This document shows positions 17,339 to 24,960 of a stretch of DNA of 25,932 bases, one piece after another (the first letter of the stretch is position 1; each line of letters begins with the position of its first letter). Source of the stretch: a virus (Duplodnaviria; Caudoviricetes); IMG/VR virus record IMGVR_UViG_3300017716_001548, positions 1 through 25,932 of that record. One strand, written 5' to 3'. Position numbers and translations under genes: made by a program. The notes beneath the pieces were generated by a model. That model was not told the DNA's origin. It was given only the letters and a program-made list of their open reading frames with translations, and made no database searches.

Positions 17339-17785
17339 TCATAGCCTCGCGCTCCTTACGCCACTCGTCGGCGTACTGCCAGTCGGCGTACTGGCGGCTG
17401 GCGGAGCGGCATGGATGCTTGGCTGATTATTCCAAGTAGGGCGCGCCCTGATATAGTCGCTCTCATCATACTCATGGCTGGCCAGCGCAATACACGCTGC
17501 GCCGCCTGAGAAGTCATTAAGGTCTAGGAACTCTCCGGGCTTTATCCACAGGCCAATCCACGGCTTGCTGAGTCTGAATGTCGCACCGTCCACCACCGCA
17601 TTGAAGCTGCCCGATATGGCAATCAGGATGCGCTGACACTGCTTGTGGGCATGTGCGCCACGTACCGCGTCTGAGGACAGGTCGAATATCCAGTAGACGC
17701 GTTTAATCGCAAACGGCAAGTCCTGCGCGAAGGACAGGCTACCTCGCGGGTCGGTGATGCGGGGGAAGGTCAGAACTTGCGGCAT
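17339..17785 (-). CDS. FdtA/QdtA (WxcM-like) dTDP-sugar 3,4-ketoisomerase, cupin fold
   Basis: DPRGSLS, PF.IKRVYWI, RGAHAHK, LAS..YDESDYIR motifs; start 17785 preferred. Confidence 0.9.
   Translation of the reverse strand: MPQVLTFPRITDPRGSLSFAQDLPFAIKRVYWIFDLSSDAVRGAHAHKQCQRILIAISGSFNAVVDGATFRLSKPWIGLWIKPGEFLDLNDFSGGAACIALASHEYDESDYIRARPTWNNQPSIHAAPPAASTPTGSTPTSGVRSARL
17384..17444 (+). repeat. 61-bp direct repeat, copy 2 (relic Rz1 C-terminus)
   Basis: Encodes AYWRLAERHGCLADYSK* versus AYWRLVERHGCLVDFVR* in Rz1. Confidence 0.9.
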
Positions 17786-18456
17786 TCGATTATGATGTTC
17801 GCAGCGCACTCAACCGGCACCGGAATTTGGCACATGGCATGGATCAGTTCAGGGCTGAACCCGGTCATCATGGAGTTTGGCAGGGGCTTGAACATGAGCG
17901 ATTTTTTCCGAACGCGCATCCATCCTGACTCGGCCAAGGCATTCGTGATGGATTGCAGGTCATACACCCGATAGTGCCCTACCTTCTTATCCCGCTCAGA
18001 CAGCGTGTGCAAGGCCGGTTGCAGGCCCATCTTGACCGCCAGTTGCCGGTGATAAGAATTGGCGTTGCCGATGACCACGATCAGCCTGTCTGCCCAGTCT
18101 CTGGCACGCATAAGCAAAGCCACTGGATCAGCGACATGCTCCAGAACAAAAGAGGCAATCACGGTGTCGTACTCGTAGGGCGGCTTGAAGTGTTCAAACA
18201 GGGACAAGTTGAACCGTATCCCGGCCTCCGCAGCTTGGCGCTGGTACTCGCTTGAACCATCGACAACGGTTACATCGCGGCCTCCGGCGTGCAGAGTCTT
18301 GCAAACTATGCCATCGCCGTAGCCAAGGTCAAGGATGCGCTCGCCCTTAACCGTGTTTCTGTGAATCCAATCAGCCTCATAGGACTGCATGATGCGCTCT
18401 ATGAACTGGTCGGGAAGCTCCAGCGCGGCGTAGTCGTCAGGCGCAAGCAGTTGCAT
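17770..18456 (-). CDS. Class I SAM-dependent methyltransferase
   Basis: ILDLGYGDG, VVDGS, YDTVIASFVLEHVADP, GH.RVY. Confidence 0.9.
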   Translation of the reverse strand: MQLLAPDDYAALELPDQFIERIMQSYEADWIHRNTVKGERILDLGYGDGIVCKTLHAGGRDVTVVDGSSEYQRQAAEAGIRFNLSLFEHFKPPYEYDTVIASFVLEHVADPVALLMRARDWADRLIVVIGNANSYHRQLAVKMGLQPALHTLSERDKKVGHYRVYDLQSITNALAESGWMRVRKKSLMFKPLPNSMMTGFSPELIHAMCQIPVPVECAANIIIECRKF

Positions 18457-19363
18457 TTATGTACTCCATCAGTTGCGAATTTAAATGATTATCAAACCGA
18501 TACCCCGCCTCGACATTCGCCCGAGTCGGCGGCACTAACCGGCTGCGCGCCACGGTCAGCGCCGTGACCTCGTAGCCGAACGCTGCCAAGTCGCGTTCTA
18601 TGCTCGCCGGTTCTTCGCGGTACTCGACCACTAGCCGGTGGATTTCGTTCGGCCAGCCGGCGCACGCGGTTTGATCGGTAATACGGTAAATGGGGGTACA
18701 CCTGTCAAGGACAAAAAAAACTGAATGACTGCGGGCCTGTACTGTGGTGGCGAGGCAATAGGCAACGGCTGTATCGACCGATTCGATGGGTTTAATAGAT
18801 TGTGGATCCGGCGGCGCTGTTCCCAAGACCTCCGCGAGCGCCCCAGCATGGCCCGCGACCGGGTAATAGAATTTCGTTGGCCATACTGTGCCGAAAGACT
18901 CAGGCCAGTACAGGGGAAGCCATGCGGCCCGGTGATACTTGGCAACGATTCGATCAAGCCCAAAGCCGTATAACTTCTGGCACCACGTTTCAAACGCTTC
19001 ATGCATCCCCCTTGGGTGGTTGATTAGCGATACTACATCGTAGGTTACGTCATTGCTCCACTGGTGCTTGTGCGACGGGTGCAGGTACGTGTGCGGGACG
19101 CTGTGCGAGTGCAACCATGCCTTCGTGTCGTTGGCAATGAAGTAATCTGGCATGTAGCGCACGGCATTGAATGGCATCGGCTCGCGGTAGACGATCTGGG
19201 GCTTTCGTATCTCGACCATGCGGATTTTGCTGCGAACGAATTTGCCGATTAGCGGGAACTGGGTTTTCTCAGGTTCGCGCATTGCATCGAATTCAAACAA
19301 AATGCAGCCGCGATCAAACTTGTGGCCCATGTGTTCAACTGGGAGGAAGAAAGGACTAAGCAT
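18437..19363 (-). CDS. Flavoprotein oxidoreductase/mutase-like protein lacking the N-terminal GxGxxG
   Basis: G.KFD.G, KLYG and FYYP..G..AL.E motifs recall the HemY/UDP-galactopyranose mutase superfamily; start 19363 overlaps the upstream stop. Confidence 0.5.
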   Translation of the reverse strand: MLSPFFLPVEHMGHKFDRGCILFEFDAMREPEKTQFPLIGKFVRSKIRMVEIRKPQIVYREPMPFNAVRYMPDYFIANDTKAWLHSHSVPHTYLHPSHKHQWSNDVTYDVVSLINHPRGMHEAFETWCQKLYGFGLDRIVAKYHRAAWLPLYWPESFGTVWPTKFYYPVAGHAGALAEVLGTAPPDPQSIKPIESVDTAVAYCLATTVQARSHSVFFVLDRCTPIYRITDQTACAGWPNEIHRLVVEYREEPASIERDLAAFGYEVTALTVARSRLVPPTRANVEAGYRFDNHLNSQLMEYINATACA

Positions 19364-19835
19364 CGCAAGCCCTCTTGAATCCGAGTCTGCGCTTGAAATT
19401 CGCCAAGTTCTCATCACCTGCTATGCCGATGTCCATCGTGGTGAAGCCGTTGGCGGCGCACCAATCATAAATGTGCTTGCAGATAGATACCACTGGCGCA
19501 TTGCCGCTTATATGCCCCCAGGCCGATGTGTACAGACTGGTCTGAGACACAACAACGCATATTGCCGCAGCCATATCTGGAATTAAAAAGCAGCGAGTAT
19601 GTTCCTTAATATCAAACAGGTCTTTGTACGCCATCCCATAGTTACGCCCTTTCCTAGCGCGGTTCTCTACGATGATCGGGTAGCAGTCGTCTATGTCCGA
19701 CAACTGAACAGCGTAATTCAGCATGTGCCTGCGTTCTCCCCTGCTCACCCCTTCCTCAAACGAACGCAAAGTGTCCCGCATAAAGTGTTGTGACAGGTCT
19801 TGCTTGGCGTACCACTCGGACGGTTGCAGGATCAT
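19356..19835 (-). CDS. GNAT / FemAB-like acyltransferase domain protein
   Basis: C-terminal W...NGF..MDIG......L..FK..LGF signature; ATGA overlap gives start 19835. Confidence 0.7.
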   Translation of the reverse strand: MILQPSEWYAKQDLSQHFMRDTLRSFEEGVSRGERRHMLNYAVQLSDIDDCYPIIVENRARKGRNYGMAYKDLFDIKEHTRCFLIPDMAAAICVVVSQTSLYTSAWGHISGNAPVVSICKHIYDWCAANGFTTMDIGIAGDENLANFKRRLGFKRACDA

Positions 19836-19996
19836 GCCCACACCATCCCCGAAACGATCCTGCTGACCGATCCCTGCTGGATGCCGTGTTCCTTGGCAAG
19901 CTCGGCTTGAGTCTTGATGCGCTTGGCGTAGTCGTTCCTGATCTGTGCGGCCTTCTCGGGCGTCATGGTGCGGTAGTAGCGTTTAGGTCTGAGCAT
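19832..19996 (-). CDS. Small HTH DNA-binding protein
   Basis: TQAELAKEHGIQQGSVSRIVSG..W; start at ATG 19996. Confidence 0.7.
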   Translation of the reverse strand: MLRPKRYYRTMTPEKAAQIRNDYAKRIKTQAELAKEHGIQQGSVSRIVSGMVWA

Positions 19997-20174
19997 CGAG
20001 CTTCCTTTCGCAGTTCTTGCACCGCACCGCCGTATCGCCGTTCTCAGCGAAGGCCGGGTTGACCTTGATGCCGCAGAGTGCGACCGTCCAGACGTGGCAG
20101 TCGGTATGGACAAAGTAGTGCGCTAGGTGGCGCTCGCTGCTGACGGGTATTTGCCACTCGTGGTCTAGGAGCAT
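19983..20174 (-). CDS. Small putative Zn-binding protein
   Basis: AH...ALCG...CKNC ligand pattern; GGAGG RBS. Confidence 0.6.
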   Translation of the reverse strand: MLLDHEWQIPVSSERHLAHYFVHTDCHVWTVALCGIKVNPAFAENGDTAVRCKNCERKLDAQT

Positions 20175-20269
20175 TCGTCAGCCTCCCGGCACCCCGGCGA
20201 GCAGTACGCTCTTGCCACCGGGATTGCCTCGATTAGCTTCGCGCCGCAGTGGGCGCAGCGGTATTGCAT
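20165..20269 (-). CDS. 34-aa treble-clef-type Zn-finger peptide (not in ORF track)
   Basis: MQYRCAHCGAKLIEAIPVARAYCSPGCREADECS; TGATG overlap, AGGAGG RBS. Confidence 0.65.
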   Translation of the reverse strand: MQYRCAHCGAKLIEAIPVARAYCSPGCREADECS

Positions 20270-20799
20270 CACCCCTCCTGCCGCGCTTCGGTAGTCGGCT
20301 CCCGCAGCGCCGCGATCCGTGCCGCGTATGCCTGTTTCGCCACGTCAATATCGTCGTCGTCCACCAGCCGAGTAGCCAGCGCCTTCGCAGCGTCCCGGCT
20401 GGGTTTGTCGGCCATGTCGTTGATGGCCTTGAGGACGGTGGTTAAGGGCGGCGCGGGTTCCTGCTGATGCGGTGCCTCGGGCCGGATACGGATACAGTCA
20501 ATCTCGCCACCGTCCTGCGGGTTGCGGGTGCTGGACTTGTACAGGGTAATCGACTTCCCGACCCATTCCGTGACGTAGTTGCCGTACATCCCAGCGATGG
20601 TCTTGCCGTTGGTCTTGTTCAGGGGAATGCCCTTGTCCGACCCTTCGACGTACAGGACGGGCTTTTTCGACTTTTTCCCGCCTGGGCCGGTCAGTTCCCC
20701 GCCGACGCAACGTTTGATGGTTACTACGCGGTCGCCGTTCTCCAAATCCCATGCGCCAAAAAACTCAGAATCGTACATTGCTCTATAGTGCGCGCTCAT
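20269..20799 (-). CDS. Phage protein, putative ssDNA-binding/annealing partner of the exonuclease
   Basis: A.DL...VTI, K..LY, LNKTN..TI..MYG..EW.GK.ITLY, IRIRP; ATGA overlap gives start 20799. Function inferred. Confidence 0.6.
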   Translation of the reverse strand: MSAHYRAMYDSEFFGAWDLENGDRVVTIKRCVGGELTGPGGKKSKKPVLYVEGSDKGIPLNKTNGKTIAGMYGNYVTEWVGKSITLYKSSTRNPQDGGEIDCIRIRPEAPHQQEPAPPLTTVLKAINDMADKPSRDAAKALATRLVDDDDIDVAKQAYAARIAALREPTTEARQEG

Positions 20800-21206
20800 T
20801 TTGGCCATACTGACCCCCAAGGACGTTTGTTGTGAACCTGCTCTAACCTAGTAGCCCATTTGCAGTTTCGCTTGTGATAATTCCCATTGTTGTTCTTTCT
20901 CTCTAAGGTTAGTTCCGGCCTTGGCTTGACTCCCATGTCTGCAATAAAGTTAGAAAACTTCTCCCATCTCTTGCAGTAGGTTATGCCGCGAGCGCCGTAG
21001 TATTTATAGGCGTCGCAGGCCGGACTATCGCACCTATATTTCATTTTCTCCCACGCCTTGTATTCTGGCGTTCCGCTAAGGCCGAGAACCTCATTCTGGA
21101 CGATGCTTGGACTACCGTTCCGAAGTAATCTGTTCCAATGCATCGCGCACATTTCCGCAGATCGTAATGGTTTTTCGCAGTCCCGAATTGTGCAATTACC
21201 TCTCAT
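20796..21206 (-). CDS. HNH-like homing endonuclease with N-terminal Zn finger
   Basis: W..MK.RC, YG.RGI, F.ADMG, TLER.NNNGNY...NC.WAT..EQ; C....C...C..H N-terminus; AT-rich. Confidence 0.85.
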   Translation of the reverse strand: MRGNCTIRDCEKPLRSAEMCAMHWNRLLRNGSPSIVQNEVLGLSGTPEYKAWEKMKYRCDSPACDAYKYYGARGITYCKRWEKFSNFIADMGVKPRPELTLERKNNNGNYHKRNCKWATRLEQVHNKRPWGSVWPK

Positions 21207-21934
21207 TCTTCCTCCTCAAATATCAGGTCAGGTTCCTCATCAGGCACGTCCAGCGGCATGATGCAGGTCGTGTAGGGTGGGTACAAGCTGGACTGCTCGG
21301 CCACCTTCAGCCGCTCAGACCACGCTATAAGGCACTTCTCGCCCTCTTGAAGCGCCTTGTCGGTCAACTGATATACCTGTATCGGGTACGGCTCGGCAGA
21401 CTCTATGCAGACGATGTAGCAAGCCGCAGCGGTATCCTCGATGGCAAGGTTCTGCATACGCATCTGGGCGTGATAGGCCATGCTGCGGGCGTGCCACGGA
21501 AAGCGGTTCGGGTCGCTGCTCATGCTGGTCTTGAGTTCGGTCAGAAAGCCATCGCCGTGAACGTCCGGGGTGGCGCGGCAGTCTAGGCCATTCCACCGGA
21601 ACAGGATGGTTTCCTGATAAGCGCCCTTCAGGAGCGGTTCGGCTACTTTGCAGGAACCGAGTGCATCGGCCATGTTCCGCGCCTTGTAGAAAGCCTTTGT
21701 CGTCAGGATGAACCCGTCCTTATGGGCTTCCTGAAACTCGTCCCATGCCTTCCCGCGTCTGACTGCGCCCTCAAACGCATAGACCTTCTTGTGGCCGAAC
21801 AGCAGCGCGTCAACGGCTGACCCTAGCTGCATGGCATCAGTCGGCGGCAGTTCCGGTTTCGTGCGGGCAAATGCGCCGTGCATGGCTGACTTGCCGTATG
21901 CCTTCAGGTGACTAAATCGTACAGGTTCGTTCAT
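21203..21934 (-). CDS. PD-(D/E)XK exonuclease, RecE/exonuclease VIII-like
   Basis: S.LK, MQLGSAV, CRA.PD, ELKT, YH.Q, IES.EPY; ATGA overlap gives start 21934. Confidence 0.85.
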   Translation of the reverse strand: MNEPVRFSHLKAYGKSAMHGAFARTKPELPPTDAMQLGSAVDALLFGHKKVYAFEGAVRRGKAWDEFQEAHKDGFILTTKAFYKARNMADALGSCKVAEPLLKGAYQETILFRWNGLDCRATPDVHGDGFLTELKTSMSSDPNRFPWHARSMAYHAQMRMQNLAIEDTAAACYIVCIESAEPYPIQVYQLTDKALQEGEKCLIAWSERLKVAEQSSLYPPYTTCIMPLDVPDEEPDLIFEEEE

Positions 21935-22107
21935 TTCTTCCCCCAGTTGTTTAACATATGCTCGTAGACCTTCATCCACCCGTATGCCGCTTTCCTCTCG
22001 TCCGGCGACATAGCTGGCTCCAGTTCCCTGAACCTGCGTGCGAAGGCTCCGGCGTCGTGTTGCAGCCGGTTGTGCAGGCGCTTCTCTACGTGCGCCGGGA
22101 CGCTCAT
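21931..22107 (-). CDS. Hypothetical protein
   Basis: MSVPAHVEKR...NNWGKK, ATGA overlaps at both ends. Confidence 0.65.
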   Translation of the reverse strand: MSVPAHVEKRLHNRLQHDAGAFARRFRELEPAMSPDERKAAYGWMKVYEHMLNNWGKK

Positions 22108-22253
22108 GCCTTCCTCGCTCTGCGCTTGACTGGGCGCGTGCCGTCGCACAGTTTGCAGCGTTTGTAATATTGGTTGACCCCGCCAGTCAGCGTAGGGCCG
22201 TACTTGTGCTGCTTCTTGATAGCGCAGAACCACAGCATCCTTAGAAAGTTCAT
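22104..22253 (-). CDS. Small basic Zn-binding protein, first gene of the leftward operon
   Basis: MNFLRMLWFC.....H...CKLC; GAGGG RBS. Confidence 0.6.
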   Translation of the reverse strand: MNFLRMLWFCAIKKQHKYGPTLTGGVNQYYKRCKLCDGTRPVKRRARKA

Positions 22254-22282
22254 CTTGTTTCCCTCGTTGGTCGATAGGCGCA

Positions 22283-22334
22283 AGAATAGCATGTTGTGAA
22301 GAACTTGCACAAAGTTATTTTTATCGGGTATATT
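22283..22334. promoter_or_regulatory. Back-to-back sigma70-type promoters with a central palindrome
   Basis: Right: TTGCAC 22305-22310, 18 nt, TATATT 22329-22334. Left: TTGTGC, 18 nt, TATTCT with extended TG. Palindrome TTGTG-N9-CACAA 22294-22312. Confidence 0.65.
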
Positions 22335-22340
22335 TCGGCC

Positions 22341-22511
22341 ATGAAACCTAAAGACCTGATTAAGCATTTCGGCGGGGCGGCTAGTGCAGCAAAGGCCATT
22401 GGCGTACAGCGGCGCACCGTCTATTACTGGATAGCGAATAAAGAGATACCATTCCGGCAACAACGCTGGATCGAGTTCGAGACTGGCGGCGCACTGAAGG
22501 CCAAGAAATGA
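22341..22511 (+). CDS. cro: Cro-like HTH regulator
   Basis: I.HFGG...AKAIGV....VY.W...IP...IE..TGG.LKA; ATG 6 nt after the -10 box. Confidence 0.85.
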   Translation: MKPKDLIKHFGGAASAAKAIGVQRRTVYYWIANKEIPFRQQRWIEFETGGALKAKK

Positions 22512-22669
22512 AAGAGGAAAAATATCCCTGCACAGAATGCGGCAAGAACGCATGGCTTGGCTATAGCAACTGGAAAAATAAGGATGGAGATGTGGTAATT
22601 AAAAAATCAGAGCGGCTTTGCACAAAATGCAAAGATCAGAGATTTTGCAAAGCGGGCGAGAAGAAATGA
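22508..22669 (+). CDS. 53-aa Zn-ribbon protein (not in ORF track)
   Basis: CTEC...CTKC; ATGA overlaps at both ends. Confidence 0.65.
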   Translation: MKEEKYPCTECGKNAWLGYSNWKNKDGDVVIKKSERLCTKCKDQRFCKAGEKK

Positions 22670-22917
22670 ACGGCATCGCATGGCTAGTCAGCACGCCCAA
22701 GATCACGCCCGCCACTGGCCGCGTCATCAAGAAGCTAAACATGAAATTTGAGCGCATCAACAAAACGGAATCAGAGCAACTGAAGCGGTGGAAGGAGAAA
22801 TACTATGCAAGAAAAGACGCCTCCCTTGCCCAGCGAAAGCAGAAACGCGTGGCGGATCGCGCTGCGCGAGAGCATGCCGCAGTGTTGGGAAATCGTCCAG
22901 GCGTTCGCGGTGTTTGA
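22666..22917 (+). CDS. Basic hypothetical protein
   Basis: ATGA-coupled start MNGIAWLV; Arg/Lys-rich. Confidence 0.5.
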   Translation: MNGIAWLVSTPKITPATGRVIKKLNMKFERINKTESEQLKRWKEKYYARKDASLAQRKQKRVADRAAREHAAVLGNRPGVRGV

Positions 22918-22969
22918 GCCTCGGGTGATGGAGATGGAGGAAGGCGGGCACGTATGGCGACGGGGATGA
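22805..22969 (+). CDS. 54-aa hypothetical protein (not in ORF track)
   Basis: AAGGAG RBS; MQEKTPPLP...EEGGHVWRRG; its TGA overlaps the methyltransferase ATG. Confidence 0.55.
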   Translation: MQEKTPPLPSESRNAWRIALRESMPQCWEIVQAFAVFEPRVMEMEEGGHVWRRG

Positions 22970-23610
22970 GAAAGGAAGTCATCGGCAACGCGGTGCTGTA
23001 TCTCGGGGATTGCCTTGAGATTCTGCCGACGCTGCCGAAGGTGGACGCGGTGATTACTGATCCGCCGTATGGGATTGGCGAGGCGGCAGGAAAGAACGCG
23101 AGCAGGGGCAAGTGGGCCAAGGACTTCGGGAACGACAGTTGGGACGACCAGCCGATTAGCCCTGAATTACTGGCGCTGGTAATTGGTGCCGGTAAGTGGG
23201 CCATCGTGTTCGGCGGCAACTACTACCCAATGGCCCCGTCCTCGTGCTGGCTGGTGTGGGATAAAGAAAACGGGGATAGCGACTTTGCCGATTGCGAACT
23301 GGCGTGGACAAACATCCCCAAGGCCGTGCGCCGGATTCGGTATATGTGGAATGGGATGCTCCGTGCCAACAAGGAAATGCGCGGCGACCATCCTACACAA
23401 AAGCCCATAGGGGTGATGAAGTGGGCCATCAGTCATGTCCCTGTCCCCGCAGAAACGATCCTTGACCCGTTCATGGGTAGCGGAACTACAGGCGTCGCAT
23501 GTGCCGACCTGCAGCGCAAATTCATAGGGATTGAGCGCGAACCCAAATACTTCGACATAGCCTGCGAGCGCATAGAGAACGCACAGCGGCAGCAGAGGAT
23601 GTTTCCGTGA
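22966..23610 (+). CDS. DNA amino-methyltransferase (N6-A/N4-C), beta class
   Basis: GDCLE, TDPPY, HPTQKP, DPFMGSGTTG; DPPY precedes FxGxG. Confidence 0.95.
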   Translation: MRKEVIGNAVLYLGDCLEILPTLPKVDAVITDPPYGIGEAAGKNASRGKWAKDFGNDSWDDQPISPELLALVIGAGKWAIVFGGNYYPMAPSSCWLVWDKENGDSDFADCELAWTNIPKAVRRIRYMWNGMLRANKEMRGDHPTQKPIGVMKWAISHVPVPAETILDPFMGSGTTGVACADLQRKFIGIEREPKYFDIACERIENAQRQQRMFP

Positions 23611-24140
23611 CCCTAATCCACCGCACTCGCAGCGATCCCGGCCCAGAGATGAGCGAGACTGAGCGCAAGCTGCGCAACCTGCTGCAAACGCGCTTCCAGA
23701 TGGTCAATGCAAGGCCGGATCAGATCGAGCGCATAGACGCCCTGATCGCCGCGCTACGGGCGAAGATGGATGCCCCCAGACGCGCCACAAGCCCCGCCAA
23801 GCCACGTACCGAAGCGTCTGAGGCGCAGATACTCAAGGCGATCATGGCGCTGCTGCACAGGCATCCGAAGGTCGCTAAGGTGTGGCGGCAGAACTCAGGC
23901 ACGTTCGTCAAACAGTACGGCGACACGAAGCACTACATCAGGGCGAATACAGCCAAGGGCATGTCTGACATTATGGGCGTGCTGAAGAACGGGAAGGCGC
24001 TCGCCATAGAAGTAAAGTCCCGCACCGGCATAGTCGCAGAGCATCAGCAGGCTTTCCTAGACAGCATCTTAAGCGCCGGAGGACTGGCGTTTGTAGCTCG
24101 TGATGTTTCTGATGTTATTAAAGCATTGGAGAAAGCGTAA
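23607..24140 (+). CDS. VRR-NUC domain nuclease
   Basis: E..I...I, G.SD, IEVK..G.....Q..F....GG.A.VAR. Confidence 0.85.
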   Translation: MTLIHRTRSDPGPEMSETERKLRNLLQTRFQMVNARPDQIERIDALIAALRAKMDAPRRATSPAKPRTEASEAQILKAIMALLHRHPKVAKVWRQNSGTFVKQYGDTKHYIRANTAKGMSDIMGVLKNGKALAIEVKSRTGIVAEHQQAFLDSILSAGGLAFVARDVSDVIKALEKA

Positions 24141-24700
24141 TGTGGGCAAACATCCAAGATTGGCCGTACCAAGTAAGCACGAAAGGAAAGGTTCGCCGCA
24201 TCGGATCGCCAGCGCTCTCCCCATCCAGTGATCGCGGTTATCCAGTGGTTACGCTAAGTGATGGACGGCGCAGAATGAAAGTCATGGTCCATGTTTTGGT
24301 TGCCACGGCTTTCCACGGCAAAAAGCCATCTGCCAAACACCAAGTAGCTCATTGGGATGGAAACAAAGCAAACAATCATGTCGAAAATCTTCGGTGGGCG
24401 CTCCCAATAGAAAACGACGACGACAAGAAGCGGCACGGAACTCATGCAAAAGGAGAAAGGATTGTCCAATCCAAGTTATCGGAAAAGGATATTCGGCGCA
24501 TTCTTTTAGACCCAAGATCGGCACATGAATTGGCTGATATCTATAAGGTACATCATTCCACAATAAGCCGCGCTAGAGGAAATAGTATATGGAAGCATAT
24601 CAATAAAACAGGACAACCAACGCGAAGGAAAAGCGGGAAATACACGAAGATAGATAGACAATATATTGACGATGTACTAACCAAACTGGAGGCAGCATGA
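24140..24700 (+). CDS. NUMOD4-HNH homing endonuclease with C-terminal HTH
   Basis: YQVS..G.VR, GY..V.L, VH.LVA.AF, H.DGNK.NN...NLRW; AT-rich. Confidence 0.9.
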   Translation: MWANIQDWPYQVSTKGKVRRIGSPALSPSSDRGYPVVTLSDGRRRMKVMVHVLVATAFHGKKPSAKHQVAHWDGNKANNHVENLRWALPIENDDDKKRHGTHAKGERIVQSKLSEKDIRRILLDPRSAHELADIYKVHHSTISRARGNSIWKHINKTGQPTRRKSGKYTKIDRQYIDDVLTKLEAA

Positions 24701-24873
24701 AACAGGGCATATCGGCAAGCAGGGATCAGGTACGCGGGCGGGCTAAAACTGTGGCTGTCGTCCTGCCTCGGGAGCTTGAGCCTATATCGAAGATGGCCGT
24801 TTATGACCCGGCGAAGGACAGGGCTTGGCGGGAGGTCTATGCGAAGATTGATACGGGTAAGACGCTAAAGTAG
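24697..24873 (+). CDS. 58-aa hypothetical protein (not in ORF track)
   Basis: ATGA overlap, GGAGG RBS; TAG abuts the tRNA 3' end. Confidence 0.55.
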   Translation: MKQGISASRDQVRGRAKTVAVVLPRELEPISKMAVYDPAKDRAWREVYAKIDTGKTLK

Positions 24874-24949
24874 TGGTGCCGCCAGTAGGAGTCGAACCTA
24901 CAACCTCCCGATTACAAATCGGGCGCTCTGCCAATTGAGCCACGGCGGC
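24874..24949 (-). tRNA. tRNA-Thr (anticodon UGU), CCA encoded
   Basis: Cloverleaf: GCCGCCG/TGGCGGC acceptor, GCTC/GAGC D-stem, CCCGA-TTTGTAA-TCGGG, GTAGG-TTCGACT-CCTAC, ACCA; 76 nt. Confidence 0.95.
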
Positions 24950-24960
24950 TTATACCGATA

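Noticed and set aside
16710-17444. 61-bp repeat pair as DGR template/variable repeats
   Set aside because: Only 4 of 10 mismatches have adenine in any one candidate template strand, and no reverse transcriptase is in the window.
18713-18720. A8 tract as a phase-variation site in the oxidoreductase-like gene
   Set aside because: Short, frame intact, and explained by Val-Phe-Phe codons; no evidence of variation.
22104-22553. 149-aa minus ORF as a cI repressor
   Set aside because: No HTH or peptidase motif; the upstream part is antisense to cro and the promoters, and only the last 49 codons have an RBS.
22966-24140. Methyltransferase plus VRR-NUC as a restriction-modification pair
   Set aside because: Orphan methyltransferases and stand-alone VRR-NUC junction-resolving nucleases are routine neighbours in phage nin-like regions.
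24874-24949. tRNA as prophage attachment site or host boundary
   Set aside because: Phage-type genes continue on both sides; no integrase or duplicated tRNA 3' end in the window.
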